32,000 nt of DNA from Candidatus Saccharimonadota bacterium (GTDB taxonomy: Bacteria > Bacteroidota > Bacteroidia > Flavobacteriales > Blattabacteriaceae). Positions 1 through 8,216 of this stretch are shown here, in pieces (position 1 is the first letter of the stretch; each line of letters opens with the position of its first letter). The notes below the pieces were generated by a model that saw only the letters and a program-made list of their open reading frames with translations, was not told the DNA's origin and did not search any database. The DNA lies in assembly GCF_014251775.1 (NCBI RefSeq), contig NZ_CP059199.1, positions 210,001 to 242,000 of the forward strand, written 5' to 3'. The translations under genes and the position numbers were made by a program.

Positions 1-1099
1 GAGAAACCATATGCAAAACATGAGAAAATTTTTGAATTTTTTTTAAAAAATCTACTTTTACATTAGAAGAATTTTTACTTAAATCATTTCTAGCTAAATC
101 TACTAACATAACATGTTCAGCATTTTCTTTGGGATCTTTACTAAGATTTTGAGATAATTGATCATTATTACTTTCATTTGATCTTTTAATTGTACCTGCT
201 ATAGGATTTATATAAGCAATATTATTATATATAACTAATTGTGATTCTGGAGAAGATCCGAATATTTTATAGTATCCATAATCAAAATAAAAAAGATAAG
301 GAGAGGGATTAATAAATCGTAAAGCTCTATAAACATTAAATTCATCTCCTTTAAATTTTTGTTGAAACTGACGAGATAATACTATTTGGAAAACATTCCC
401 TCTTAAACACGCATTTATTCCTTTCGATACCATTCTTATATATTCATTATCTGTAAGATTAGAAGTTATATAGTCTACAGTACTAAATGGAAAAAAATGA
501 AAATTCCTTTTTTCTATCAATTTAACTAATTGATCTATGTAAGTTTTTTCTTCAGTATTTTGAAATTGGTGTTCAACTATATAAAGTTCATTATAGGAAT
601 GATTAAATATTACCAAATTCTTATAAAAACCTAATCTTATTTTAGGTAAATCATGAAATTTTTTTATTGGAACATAAAATTTTATTTTTTCAAAATATTG
701 AATGCTATCATACGATATATATCCATATAAACCAATATAATAATTGATAAAATCATTACTAAATTCACATTTATTTTGAAAATTTTCAAAATAATTTTGT
801 ATTATATTATTAACATTAAATTTATCATTTATAAAAATATGTTTAGTAACGTTATTCGGATATGATATTTTCAATACATCTTGTTCCAAAATCAATTCAG
901 ATATTGGATTAATACAAATAATAGAGGAATTTTCTTGTGGACTATTAAATTTTTTGTTGTTATTGTAATAATAGCAACTAGAAAATTCTAATAATAATGT
1001 ATTTGGAAATACATCTCTCAACTTTAAATATAATTCTACTGGTGTAGTACTATCACTCAGTATTTTTTTCTGAATAGTTTTAAAATTAAATTTCAACAT
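1..1099 (-). CDS. trpE: Anthranilate synthase component I (TrpE), N-terminal ~366 codons; 3' end lies beyond the window edge
   Basis: Not in the ORF track because it is edge-truncated. My reverse-complement translation from ATG (complement of 1097-1099) reads MLKFNFKTIQKKILSDSTTPVELYLKLRD...LLLEFSS...GNVFQIVLSRQF...YRALRFINPSPYLFYF...GSSPE...NPIAGT...AEHVMLVDLARND...FSHVLHMVS, with no stop through position 2. These are classic TrpE/chorismate-binding motifs. An in-frame upstream ATG at 1118-1120 (MKKCNNI-) is an alternative start. Confidence 0.9.
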   Translation of the reverse strand, partial: MLKFNFKTIQKKILSDSTTPVELYLKLRDVFPNTLLLEFSSCYYYNNNKKFNSPQENSSIICINPISELILEQDVLKISYPNNVTKHIFINDKFNVNNIIQNYFENFQNKCEFSNDFINYYIGLYGYISYDSIQYFEKIKFYVPIKKFHDLPKIRLGFYKNLVIFNHSYNELYIVEHQFQNTEEKTYIDQLVKLIEKRNFHFFPFSTVDYITSNLTDNEYIRMVSKGINACLRGNVFQIVLSRQFQQKFKGDEFNVYRALRFINPSPYLFYFDYGYYKIFGSSPESQLVIYNNIAYINPIAGTIKRSNESNNDQLSQNLSKDPKENAEHVMLVDLARNDLSKNSSNVKVDFLKKIQKFSHVLHMVS

Positions 1100-1205
1100 T
1101 ATATTGTTGCATTTTTTCATTAAAATAAATAATGATGACAACAAAAACTGATTTTGTTTTGTATAATCAAAGATTATTTATATTTATTTTAGTTGAATAA
1201 TATTC

Positions 1206-1223
1206 TAGATTAGATTGATAGAT
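1206..1223. repeat. Cluster of three TAGAT pentamers (tagat-tagat-tga-tagat) inside the 402-bp trpE/gcvH spacer
   Basis: Read directly: ctagattagattgatagattt. It contains GATAGAT (1217-1223), the same heptamer that recurs three times in the spacer upstream of rsmH. Function unknown. Confidence 0.35.
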
Positions 1224-1476
1224 TTATTTTCAATTTAATTTTCATTAAAATGTTTTCTATTTTCTAAATAAATAGTTAAAAAACATTAACTAAATATATA
1301 TATAAACTATATAATTTTTGTTAAATTAATTACATTTACCTTATTTAATTATATGCAAATATATAAAACAAATATACAAATTTTTTATCTCATTTAATTT
1401 AATAAAATTACTTAATTATTAAGTTGTAAAAATTTATTTCAATTATTGAATTTTTTTCATAAAAAAATTATTAAAT

Positions 1477-1484
1477 TATATTTG
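1477..1484 (+). promoter_or_regulatory. Candidate Bacteroidetes-type -7 promoter element (TAnnTTTG) upstream of gcvH
   Basis: TATATTTG is an exact match to the Bacteroidetes -7 consensus TAnnTTTG and ends 17 nt before the gcvH ATG. The nearest upstream TTG (1446-1448) is 28 nt away, longer than the usual ~19 nt -33/-7 spacing, so support is weak. Confidence 0.2.
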
Positions 1485-1501
1485 TTTTCAAGTTACTTAC
1501 A

Positions 1502-1909
1502 ATGAATCCTAATAATTTAAAATATAGTAAAAATCATGAATGGGTAGGTATCATTAATATTCATAAAATTGATGATAATAAAAAAATAGAAGCTTATGTA
1601 GGAGTTAGTTTATTTGCTCAAAAAGAATTAGGCGATATTATTTTTATTGATATTGAAAAATCAATTGTCAAAAAAAACATGAAAGAAGGAGAAATTTTTG
1701 GAACAATAGAAGCAGTAAAAACTGTTTCGGATTTATTTATTCCTATTTCTTGTACCATACTTGATATCAATAAAAAAACTTTATCTAATCCAGAATTAAT
1801 TAATAAAAATCCATATGAAAATTGGATTATAAAAATACAAATTAAAAATATTGATGAATATAATACATTAATGTCCTTAATAGAATATGAAAAATATTTG
1901 AAAATATAA
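1502..1909 (+). CDS. gcvH: Glycine cleavage system protein H (lipoyl carrier)
   Basis: 135 aa. HEWV near the N-terminus and the lipoyl-lysine motif GTIEAVKTVSDLFIPISC (compare ESVKAASD), then NPELINKNPYENWIIKI typical of the GcvH C-terminus. Confidence 0.9.
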   Translation: MNPNNLKYSKNHEWVGIINIHKIDDNKKIEAYVGVSLFAQKELGDIIFIDIEKSIVKKNMKEGEIFGTIEAVKTVSDLFIPISCTILDINKKTLSNPELINKNPYENWIIKIQIKNIDEYNTLMSLIEYEKYLKI

Positions 1910-1958
1910 TTATGGAATCATTTTTTTAATATTGATTTATCAAATCATGAAATGAAAT

Positions 1959-4184
1959 ATGAAAAAAAATATATCTTATGATTTTCTAGATGAAAAAAAA
2001 ATTTTTGAAAAAATAGTTGATTTTCATCACAAAGAAATTACTAAAGTACATTTTTTAATTCCTTCTATTCATTGTAGTTCTTGTGTATTAATTTTAGAAA
2101 AATTACCAACTATTCATAAAGGTATTTTAAATTCTAATGTAGATATTATTAATAAAACAATTTGGATAACAATAAATAATGTTGAATTAAAATTAAGTGA
2201 TTTAGCAAAACTTTTAGAAAAAATAGGATATCCACCTTCTATTGATTTAGGATCATTTGAATTTATTCAATCAAAAAAAAAAACAATTATTAATAATAGA
2301 AAATTATTAGGAAAATTAGCAATTTCTTTCTTCTGTTTTGGTAATATTATGATATTAGCAATTCCAGAATATTTAGGAGCTATTAATGATCCATGGTATA
2401 TTAATAATCATTATTTTTTTCGTTATATTATGCTAATTTTAGCTTTACCTATCGCATTATTATCTATTACAGAATATTTAAAATGTGCAATAGAAGGAAT
2501 TAAAAGAAATATTATCAATATAGATTTATCTATTTTTATTGGAATTACCGTACTTTTTTTATGGAGTATTTATGAAATTATTTATGATATTGGACCAGGT
2601 TATTTTGATAGTTTAGCTAGTTTTTATTTATTTATATTAATAAGCAAAATATTTCAGATTCATACACATAAAAAAATTTTTTCTTTTAATAAAAATTATA
2701 AATATTTCTATCCTATATTAATTACTAAAATTTTTCAAAAAAAAGAAAAAAAAGTATTTTTATCCTCTTTAAAAGAAGGAGATGTAATTTTAATCCGAAA
2801 TGAAGAAATAATTCCTGTTGATTCATTATTAATTAAAGGAAAAGCAATATTAGATTCTAGTTTTATTACAGGTGAATCCTATTTAATAAATAAAAAAATA
2901 GGAGATAAAATTTATGCTGGATCCAAACAAAAAGGTAGTGCCATTTACTTAAAAGTTATCAAAAATGTAGATCATAGTTATTTAAGTATGTTATGGAAAT
3001 CCAGTAAAAAAAATAGAAACCAAAAAAAATTTTACTTAGAATCCATTACTAATACTTTTAGCAAATATTTCATTCCATTTGTTATTTTTATTTCCATAAT
3101 AAATGGATTTTATTGGTTTTTTCAAAAAAATTTTTATAAAATATTTCAAACTATATTTTCAATTTTGATTATTACTTGCCCTTGTGCATTAATTCTATCA
3201 TCTCCATTAATATTTGGAAATATTATAAAATTTTTTTCTAAAAAAGGATTTTATATAAAAGATATATTTATCATGGAAAAAATTTCTTCTATGAATACAT
3301 TAGTTTTTGACAAAACTGGAACTTTAACAGATCCTAATAAAGAAATAATTAATTTTAATGGAAAAATTAATTTTGAAGAAAAAAAAATGATTGCATCTTT
3401 ATTAAATAATTCTTCTCATCCATTAAGTCAAAAAATTTTATCTAAACTAAACATAAATAAATTTTATTCTGTAAAAAAATTTAAAGAGATTTTAGGCAAA
3501 GGATTAGAATGTACAATTAATAATATACCTATCAAAATAGGTTCTCCTAAATATTTAGGATTATCTAATCTAGATAACCAAACATTAGTAGCTATTTCCA
3601 TCAATAATAAATTTATAGGATCATTTATATTTAGGAATTATTATCGTAAAGGAATAAAAAAATTATTCCATCAATTAAAAAATTATAATATAGTGATATT
3701 ATCTGGAGATAATAATGAAATAGAAAGAAAATATATAAAATCAATTTTACCTAAAAAAAGTAAAATATTATTTAATCAAAATCCTAATGATAAATTAATT
3801 TATATTAAAAAATTACAAGAAAAAGGAATGAAAATAATTATGTTTGGAGATGGTATTAATGATTGTGCTGCATTAAATCAAAGTGAAATTGGAATTGCGG
3901 TTTCAGATAATCCTACTAGTTTTTTTCCTAGTTGTGATGCTTTTCTTCAATCGAATTTTTTAGATAAAATTTATTTATATTTAAAAATATCTAGAATATC
4001 TTCAATACTAGTAATGATTAATTTTACAATTAGTTTATTTTATAATAGTATAGGACTTATATTTGCAATAACTGGAAAATTAAATCCTTTAATATCTTCT
4101 ATATTAATGCCAATTAGTTCTTTTTCTGTTATTATTTTTTCCATTATATCTACTAGAATAATTTCAAAAAAATTTACTTTTTAA
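1959..4184 (+). CDS. ccoI: Heavy-metal (copper) translocating P1B-type ATPase, CcoI/FixI-type cbb3 oxidase maturation ATPase
   Basis: 741 aa. N-terminal metal-binding CxxC (IHCSSCV), TM CPC motif (ITCPCAL), phosphorylation site DKTGTLT, hinge GDGINDCAAL. It sits immediately upstream of ccoS-ccoNO. Confidence 0.85.
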   Translation: MKKNISYDFLDEKKIFEKIVDFHHKEITKVHFLIPSIHCSSCVLILEKLPTIHKGILNSNVDIINKTIWITINNVELKLSDLAKLLEKIGYPPSIDLGSFEFIQSKKKTIINNRKLLGKLAISFFCFGNIMILAIPEYLGAINDPWYINNHYFFRYIMLILALPIALLSITEYLKCAIEGIKRNIINIDLSIFIGITVLFLWSIYEIIYDIGPGYFDSLASFYLFILISKIFQIHTHKKIFSFNKNYKYFYPILITKIFQKKEKKVFLSSLKEGDVILIRNEEIIPVDSLLIKGKAILDSSFITGESYLINKKIGDKIYAGSKQKGSAIYLKVIKNVDHSYLSMLWKSSKKNRNQKKFYLESITNTFSKYFIPFVIFISIINGFYWFFQKNFYKIFQTIFSILIITCPCALILSSPLIFGNIIKFFSKKGFYIKDIFIMEKISSMNTLVFDKTGTLTDPNKEIINFNGKINFEEKKMIASLLNNSSHPLSQKILSKLNINKFYSVKKFKEILGKGLECTINNIPIKIGSPKYLGLSNLDNQTLVAISINNKFIGSFIFRNYYRKGIKKLFHQLKNYNIVILSGDNNEIERKYIKSILPKKSKILFNQNPNDKLIYIKKLQEKGMKIIMFGDGINDCAALNQSEIGIAVSDNPTSFFPSCDAFLQSNFLDKIYLYLKISRISSILVMINFTISLFYNSIGLIFAITGKLNPLISSILMPISSFSVIIFSIISTRIISKKFTF

Positions 4185-4200
4185 CATAACTTATGTCTAT

Positions 4201-4398
4201 ATGGATATAATAATTATAATGATATTATCCAGCATTTCATTAAGTATTTTTTTTTTAATATTTTTTTTAATTAGCATTTATTCTGGTCAATTTGATGATT
4301 TTGAAACTTCAAAAATTAGAATTTTAATGAATGATAATGATGATATAAAAAATATTGATCTTAACAAAGATATTAATAATATGAAAGTAAATAATTAG
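4201..4398 (+). CDS. ccoS: cbb3-type cytochrome oxidase maturation protein CcoS/FixS
   Basis: 65 aa. A single N-terminal TM helix followed by SGQFDDFE, the signature GQ(F/Y)DD motif of CcoS. Located between ccoI and ccoNO. Confidence 0.8.
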   Translation: MDIIIIMILSSISLSIFFLIFFLISIYSGQFDDFETSKIRILMNDNDDIKNIDLNKDINNMKVNN

Positions 4399-4419
4399 AA
4401 AAATTTAATCATTATTTTA

Positions 4420-6636
4420 ATGAATTTTAATAAAAATATTACTTCTAATACTATTAAATTAAAAAATTATTATAATAATAGTATTGTTAAAGCTTTTTTA
4501 TATGCTACAATATTTTGGGCTTTTTTAGGAATTTTAGCTGGACTTTTTGTAGCATTATTATTATTTTTTCCAAAATTACCTGAATTAACTTTTGGAAATC
4601 AATTAAAAAATACTCAAGGTATTTTTGGATTTGGAAGGTGGAGAATGATACATACTAATACTGCTATATTTGCTTTTGTAGGAAATATAATTTTTACAGG
4701 ATACTATTATTCTTTACAACGTTTATTGAAAACAAGGATATTTAGTGATGTTTTGAGTTGGATCCATTTTTGGGGATGGCAATTATTTATTATTTCTACT
4801 TGGATAACTTTTTTATTAGGAATAAATACTAGCAAAGAATATGCTGAACATGAATGGCCTCTAGATATAATTTTATTATTCATATGGATTATTTATGGAG
4901 TGAATATGATTGGAAGTATTTTGAATAGAAAAGTAAAACATTTATATGTAAGTATTTGGTTTTTATTGGGGACTTGGGTGTCTGTTGCTATGCTGCATTT
5001 ATTTAATAATTTAGAACTTCCTATATCGGTATTTTCTTTTAAAAGTTATTCTATATATGCTGGTGTTCAAGATGCATTAATGCAATGGTGGTATGGACAT
5101 AATGCTGTGGCTTTTATTTTAACTACTCCTATATTAGGATTAATGTATTATTTTGTTCCTAAAGCTTCTAATCAGCCAATATTTTCTTATAAACTTTCTA
5201 TTATTCATTTTTGGTCTCTAATATTTATTTATATATGGGCTGGTCCCCATCATTTGATGTATACTTCTTTACCAAATTGGGCACAAATGTTAGGTACAAT
5301 ATTTTCAATTATGTTAATTGCTCCTTCTTGGGGTGGTATGTTAAATGGACTTTTAACTCTAAGAAGTGCTTGGAAACAATTTTATGAAAATCCTATATTA
5401 AAATTTTTTTTAGTTGGAATTATTTGTTATGGATTAGCTACTTTTGAAGGTCCTATGTTAGCTACCAAAACTTTAAATTCAATTGCTCATTTTACTGATT
5501 GGATAATTGCTCATGTTCACTTAGGAACTCTAGGATGGAATGGTTTTATGGCTTTTGGAGTTATTTATTGGATAACTCAAAAATTATGGAATACAAAATT
5601 ATATTCTAAATTGTTAGTAAATATACATTTTTGGTTAGGTATTGTAGGTTTAATATTATACATATTTCCTATGTATTTTAGTTCAATTTTGCAATCTTCA
5701 ATGTGGAAAGAGTTTAATCCTGATGGAACTTTAAAATACAAAAATTTTTTAGATTCTGTTATATCCATTATTCCTTTTTATAGAGCAAGATTTTTAGGTG
5801 GTGCTATTTATCTATTAGGGTTTATTGTAATGGTTTATAATATTTTTATAACTATAAAACATGGTTCATTTATAAATAATGAAAGATTCTTTTATAAGAA
5901 TTACTATAAAACGGAAGAAAAAATAGATAATTTTCATAATTGGTTGGAAAAAAAACCTATACAAATGACAATATTATCTTTTTTAGCAGTAGCTATTGGA
6001 GGATTAATTGAAATTATTCCAACTATAGTAATAAAATCTAATGTTCCTACCATTCATAATGTAAAACCTTATACAGCACTTGAATTAGAAGGTAGAGATC
6101 TATTCGTTAGAGAAGGTTGTAATTCTTGTCATAGTGCACAAGTACGTCCATTTAGAGATGAGGTAGTACGTTACGGAGAATATTCTAAAGCTGGAGAATT
6201 TGTATATGATCATCCATTTTTATGGGGATCTAAGAGGACTGGTCCAGATTTAGCTAGAGAAGGAGGAAAAAATCCTAGTTCTTGGCATTACAACCATTTA
6301 TATAATCCAAGATCTACTTCTTCAGGGTCTATAATGCCAGCATATCCATGGCTAATATATAATAAATTAGACAAATCGAATACATATAATAAAATAAAAT
6401 CTATGATTAGATTAGGTGTTCCGTATAACCCTAAGTATTTAAAAAAATATAATGAAGATATGGATATACAATCACATAAAATTGTATCAGAAATTTATAA
6501 AGAATTTCCTAATATAAAAATAGAAATACTTCAACAAGAAAAAATAGAAAAAGAAGATTTCATTCCTTTGGAGGATAGGGAAATTATAGCAGTAATAGCT
6601 TATTTACAAAGAATAGGTACAGATATAAAATCATAA
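4420..6636 (+). CDS. ccoNO: cbb3-type cytochrome c oxidase, fused subunits I+II (CcoN-CcoO)
   Basis: 738 aa. The polytopic heme-copper oxidase core has conserved His/Trp blocks (WWYGHNAV, GPHHLMYT, AHVHLGTLGWN). From about residue 500 (near nt 5926) there is a CcoO module with a TM anchor and heme-c site CNSCHSAQVRP...GPDLAREG...SIMPAY. An N-O fusion is typical of Bacteroidota. Confidence 0.93.
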   Translation: MNFNKNITSNTIKLKNYYNNSIVKAFLYATIFWAFLGILAGLFVALLLFFPKLPELTFGNQLKNTQGIFGFGRWRMIHTNTAIFAFVGNIIFTGYYYSLQRLLKTRIFSDVLSWIHFWGWQLFIISTWITFLLGINTSKEYAEHEWPLDIILLFIWIIYGVNMIGSILNRKVKHLYVSIWFLLGTWVSVAMLHLFNNLELPISVFSFKSYSIYAGVQDALMQWWYGHNAVAFILTTPILGLMYYFVPKASNQPIFSYKLSIIHFWSLIFIYIWAGPHHLMYTSLPNWAQMLGTIFSIMLIAPSWGGMLNGLLTLRSAWKQFYENPILKFFLVGIICYGLATFEGPMLATKTLNSIAHFTDWIIAHVHLGTLGWNGFMAFGVIYWITQKLWNTKLYSKLLVNIHFWLGIVGLILYIFPMYFSSILQSSMWKEFNPDGTLKYKNFLDSVISIIPFYRARFLGGAIYLLGFIVMVYNIFITIKHGSFINNERFFYKNYYKTEEKIDNFHNWLEKKPIQMTILSFLAVAIGGLIEIIPTIVIKSNVPTIHNVKPYTALELEGRDLFVREGCNSCHSAQVRPFRDEVVRYGEYSKAGEFVYDHPFLWGSKRTGPDLAREGGKNPSSWHYNHLYNPRSTSSGSIMPAYPWLIYNKLDKSNTYNKIKSMIRLGVPYNPKYLKKYNEDMDIQSHKIVSEIYKEFPNIKIEILQQEKIEKEDFIPLEDREIIAVIAYLQRIGTDIKS

Positions 6637-6641
6637 AAATA

Positions 6642-6821
6642 ATGAGTTTTTTCAAAAATTATTTTATAGGCGAAAGGAATATAGGTATTTTTCAATCAAT
6701 TATGTTAATAATATTTTTTTTAAGTTTTTCTTTTATTTTATTTTTTATTTTTTCTAAACCAAAAAAATATTATGACAATAATAAAGTAATGCCAATCGAT
6801 GATAAAGAAAACGACTATTAA
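6642..6821 (+). CDS. ccoQ: Small membrane protein, probable cbb3 oxidase subunit CcoQ/FixQ
   Basis: 59 codons, just under the apparent 60-aa floor of the ORF track. My translation is MSFFKNYFIGERNIGIFQSIMLIIFFLSFSFILFFIFSKPKKYYDNNKVMPIDDKENDY*. It has one TM helix and an acidic tail. It starts 5 nt after the ccoNO stop and ends 2 nt before the ccoP start, the canonical ccoQ position. Confidence 0.55.
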   Translation: MSFFKNYFIGERNIGIFQSIMLIIFFLSFSFILFFIFSKPKKYYDNNKVMPIDDKENDY

Positions 6822-6823
6822 TT

Positions 6824-7711
6824 ATGAGATCTAAAATTTCTTCTTTAATTATGATACCTAGTTCTTTTTCTATCATAATATTTATGTCTTATGTTTTTTT
6901 TCAAAGTTATAATCAATTATTATATATTACCCATCCTATTACTATACTTTTCTTTTTTATAATAGTAATATTGTTAATAATTTTAGAATTCATTAATAAT
7001 TTAATCTTTAAGAAAAAAATAGAATCTATTCCAGAAAAAACAAGAAAAAATATACTTGATAAAAATGATGGTAATTATTTTTATAGTATTTATAGATTTA
7101 TATTTCATGATCCAAAAAAATACAATGATAAAATAAAAAAAATAGATCATGGATTCGATGGTATTTTAGAATTAGATAATGATATACCAATATGGTGGTT
7201 ACATTTATTTTATATTACTATTGCTATTTCAATAATTTATTTTTTTTCTTTTATTTTTTTAGATTATTCTAATCCTTATAGAGAATATAAGACAGCTTAT
7301 AAAGAACAATTGAAAAAAATTGAAATTTTTGAAAAAAAAAAGCCCCAAGCATCGATAGAGAATTCTTATTTTAAAAAGGAATTAATTGAAGATGGAAAAA
7401 TTCTTTTTAAAGAAAATTGTTCTACTTGTCATCAATCAGATGGAAGTGGAAATATAGGTCCAAATTTAACAGATAATTATTGGATAAATACCGTAGAAAA
7501 AGATTTATATAAAAATATATTTTCCATAATATGGAATGGTAGTGAAAAAAATCCAACTATGCGTGCTTTTGGCAAATCAGGAGAAATTAAAGGTAATGAT
7601 ATTGAAAAAATATCTAGTTATGTTTATTTTATAAACCAAAATTTAAAAAAACCTTTAAAACAAAAAAAACCTCAAGGAAAAGAAATTTTAGAATGGAAAC
7701 ATTCCAAATAA
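6824..7711 (+). CDS. ccoP: cbb3-type cytochrome c oxidase subunit III (CcoP/FixP), single heme-c motif
   Basis: 295 aa. FixP N-terminal motif HGFDGILELDNDIPIWW followed by a TM helix, and a C-terminal class I cytochrome c domain with CSTCHQSDGSGNIGPNLTDNYW...NPTMRAFG. Only one CxxCH is present. Confidence 0.8.
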   Translation: MRSKISSLIMIPSSFSIIIFMSYVFFQSYNQLLYITHPITILFFFIIVILLIILEFINNLIFKKKIESIPEKTRKNILDKNDGNYFYSIYRFIFHDPKKYNDKIKKIDHGFDGILELDNDIPIWWLHLFYITIAISIIYFFSFIFLDYSNPYREYKTAYKEQLKKIEIFEKKKPQASIENSYFKKELIEDGKILFKENCSTCHQSDGSGNIGPNLTDNYWINTVEKDLYKNIFSIIWNGSEKNPTMRAFGKSGEIKGNDIEKISSYVYFINQNLKKPLKQKKPQGKEILEWKHSK

Positions 7712-7739
7712 TTTATTAAAAAATATTTTATTTTAGTTT

Positions 7740-8189
7740 ATGAAAAAAAAATTACTTTGCGAAATTGTAATTTTATCTTCTATAATAATTTTCATGACTT
7801 TTATTATTTATGTTGCATTTTTTTTTCCAAATGTAAAAAGTCAATTAATTTCAAATAATTATTATGAAGAAGAAATCAAATATCAAAAAATTATAGATGA
7901 GAAAAAAAATGCATTAAAAATTTCAAAAAAAATAAATATTTTTGCTACTAATTCTGGAATTGTAATTAGGTTTCCATTTTCCAATGGAAAGGGTTTTGTT
8001 ACTTTATTTAGATTCTCTTCTAAAAATTTAGATTTTACAAAATATTTTAATCTATGTAAAATGTCAGATAAAAAATTATTTATCCCAAAAAAATTTTTAG
8101 TAAAAGGATATTATAAAATTATAATTCGATGGAATGATGGTAATAAAAAAAGATATTTTATAGAAAAAGAATTATTCTGGAACTATTAG
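7740..8189 (+). CDS. fixH: FixH-family protein (cbb3 oxidase assembly accessory)
   Basis: 149 aa. N-terminal TM helix then NNYYEEEIKYQKIIDEKKNA, which resembles the YY-x-x-E-x-x-Y-Q region of flavobacterial FixH-family proteins. It is the last gene of the cco cluster. Assignment rests on pattern and context only. Confidence 0.55.
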   Translation: MKKKLLCEIVILSSIIIFMTFIIYVAFFFPNVKSQLISNNYYEEEIKYQKIIDEKKNALKISKKINIFATNSGIVIRFPFSNGKGFVTLFRFSSKNLDFTKYFNLCKMSDKKLFIPKKFLVKGYYKIIIRWNDGNKKRYFIEKELFWNY

Positions 8190-8216
8190 AATTTAAAAAA
8201 TCTATAATAAAATAAT

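Noticed and set aside
5577-5768. 63-aa ORF antisense to ccoNO
   Set aside because: It lies wholly inside a strongly supported gene on the opposite strand. The product is low-complexity with no recognisable motif. Antisense frames of AT-rich, Lys/Ile/Phe-rich genes often stay open by chance.
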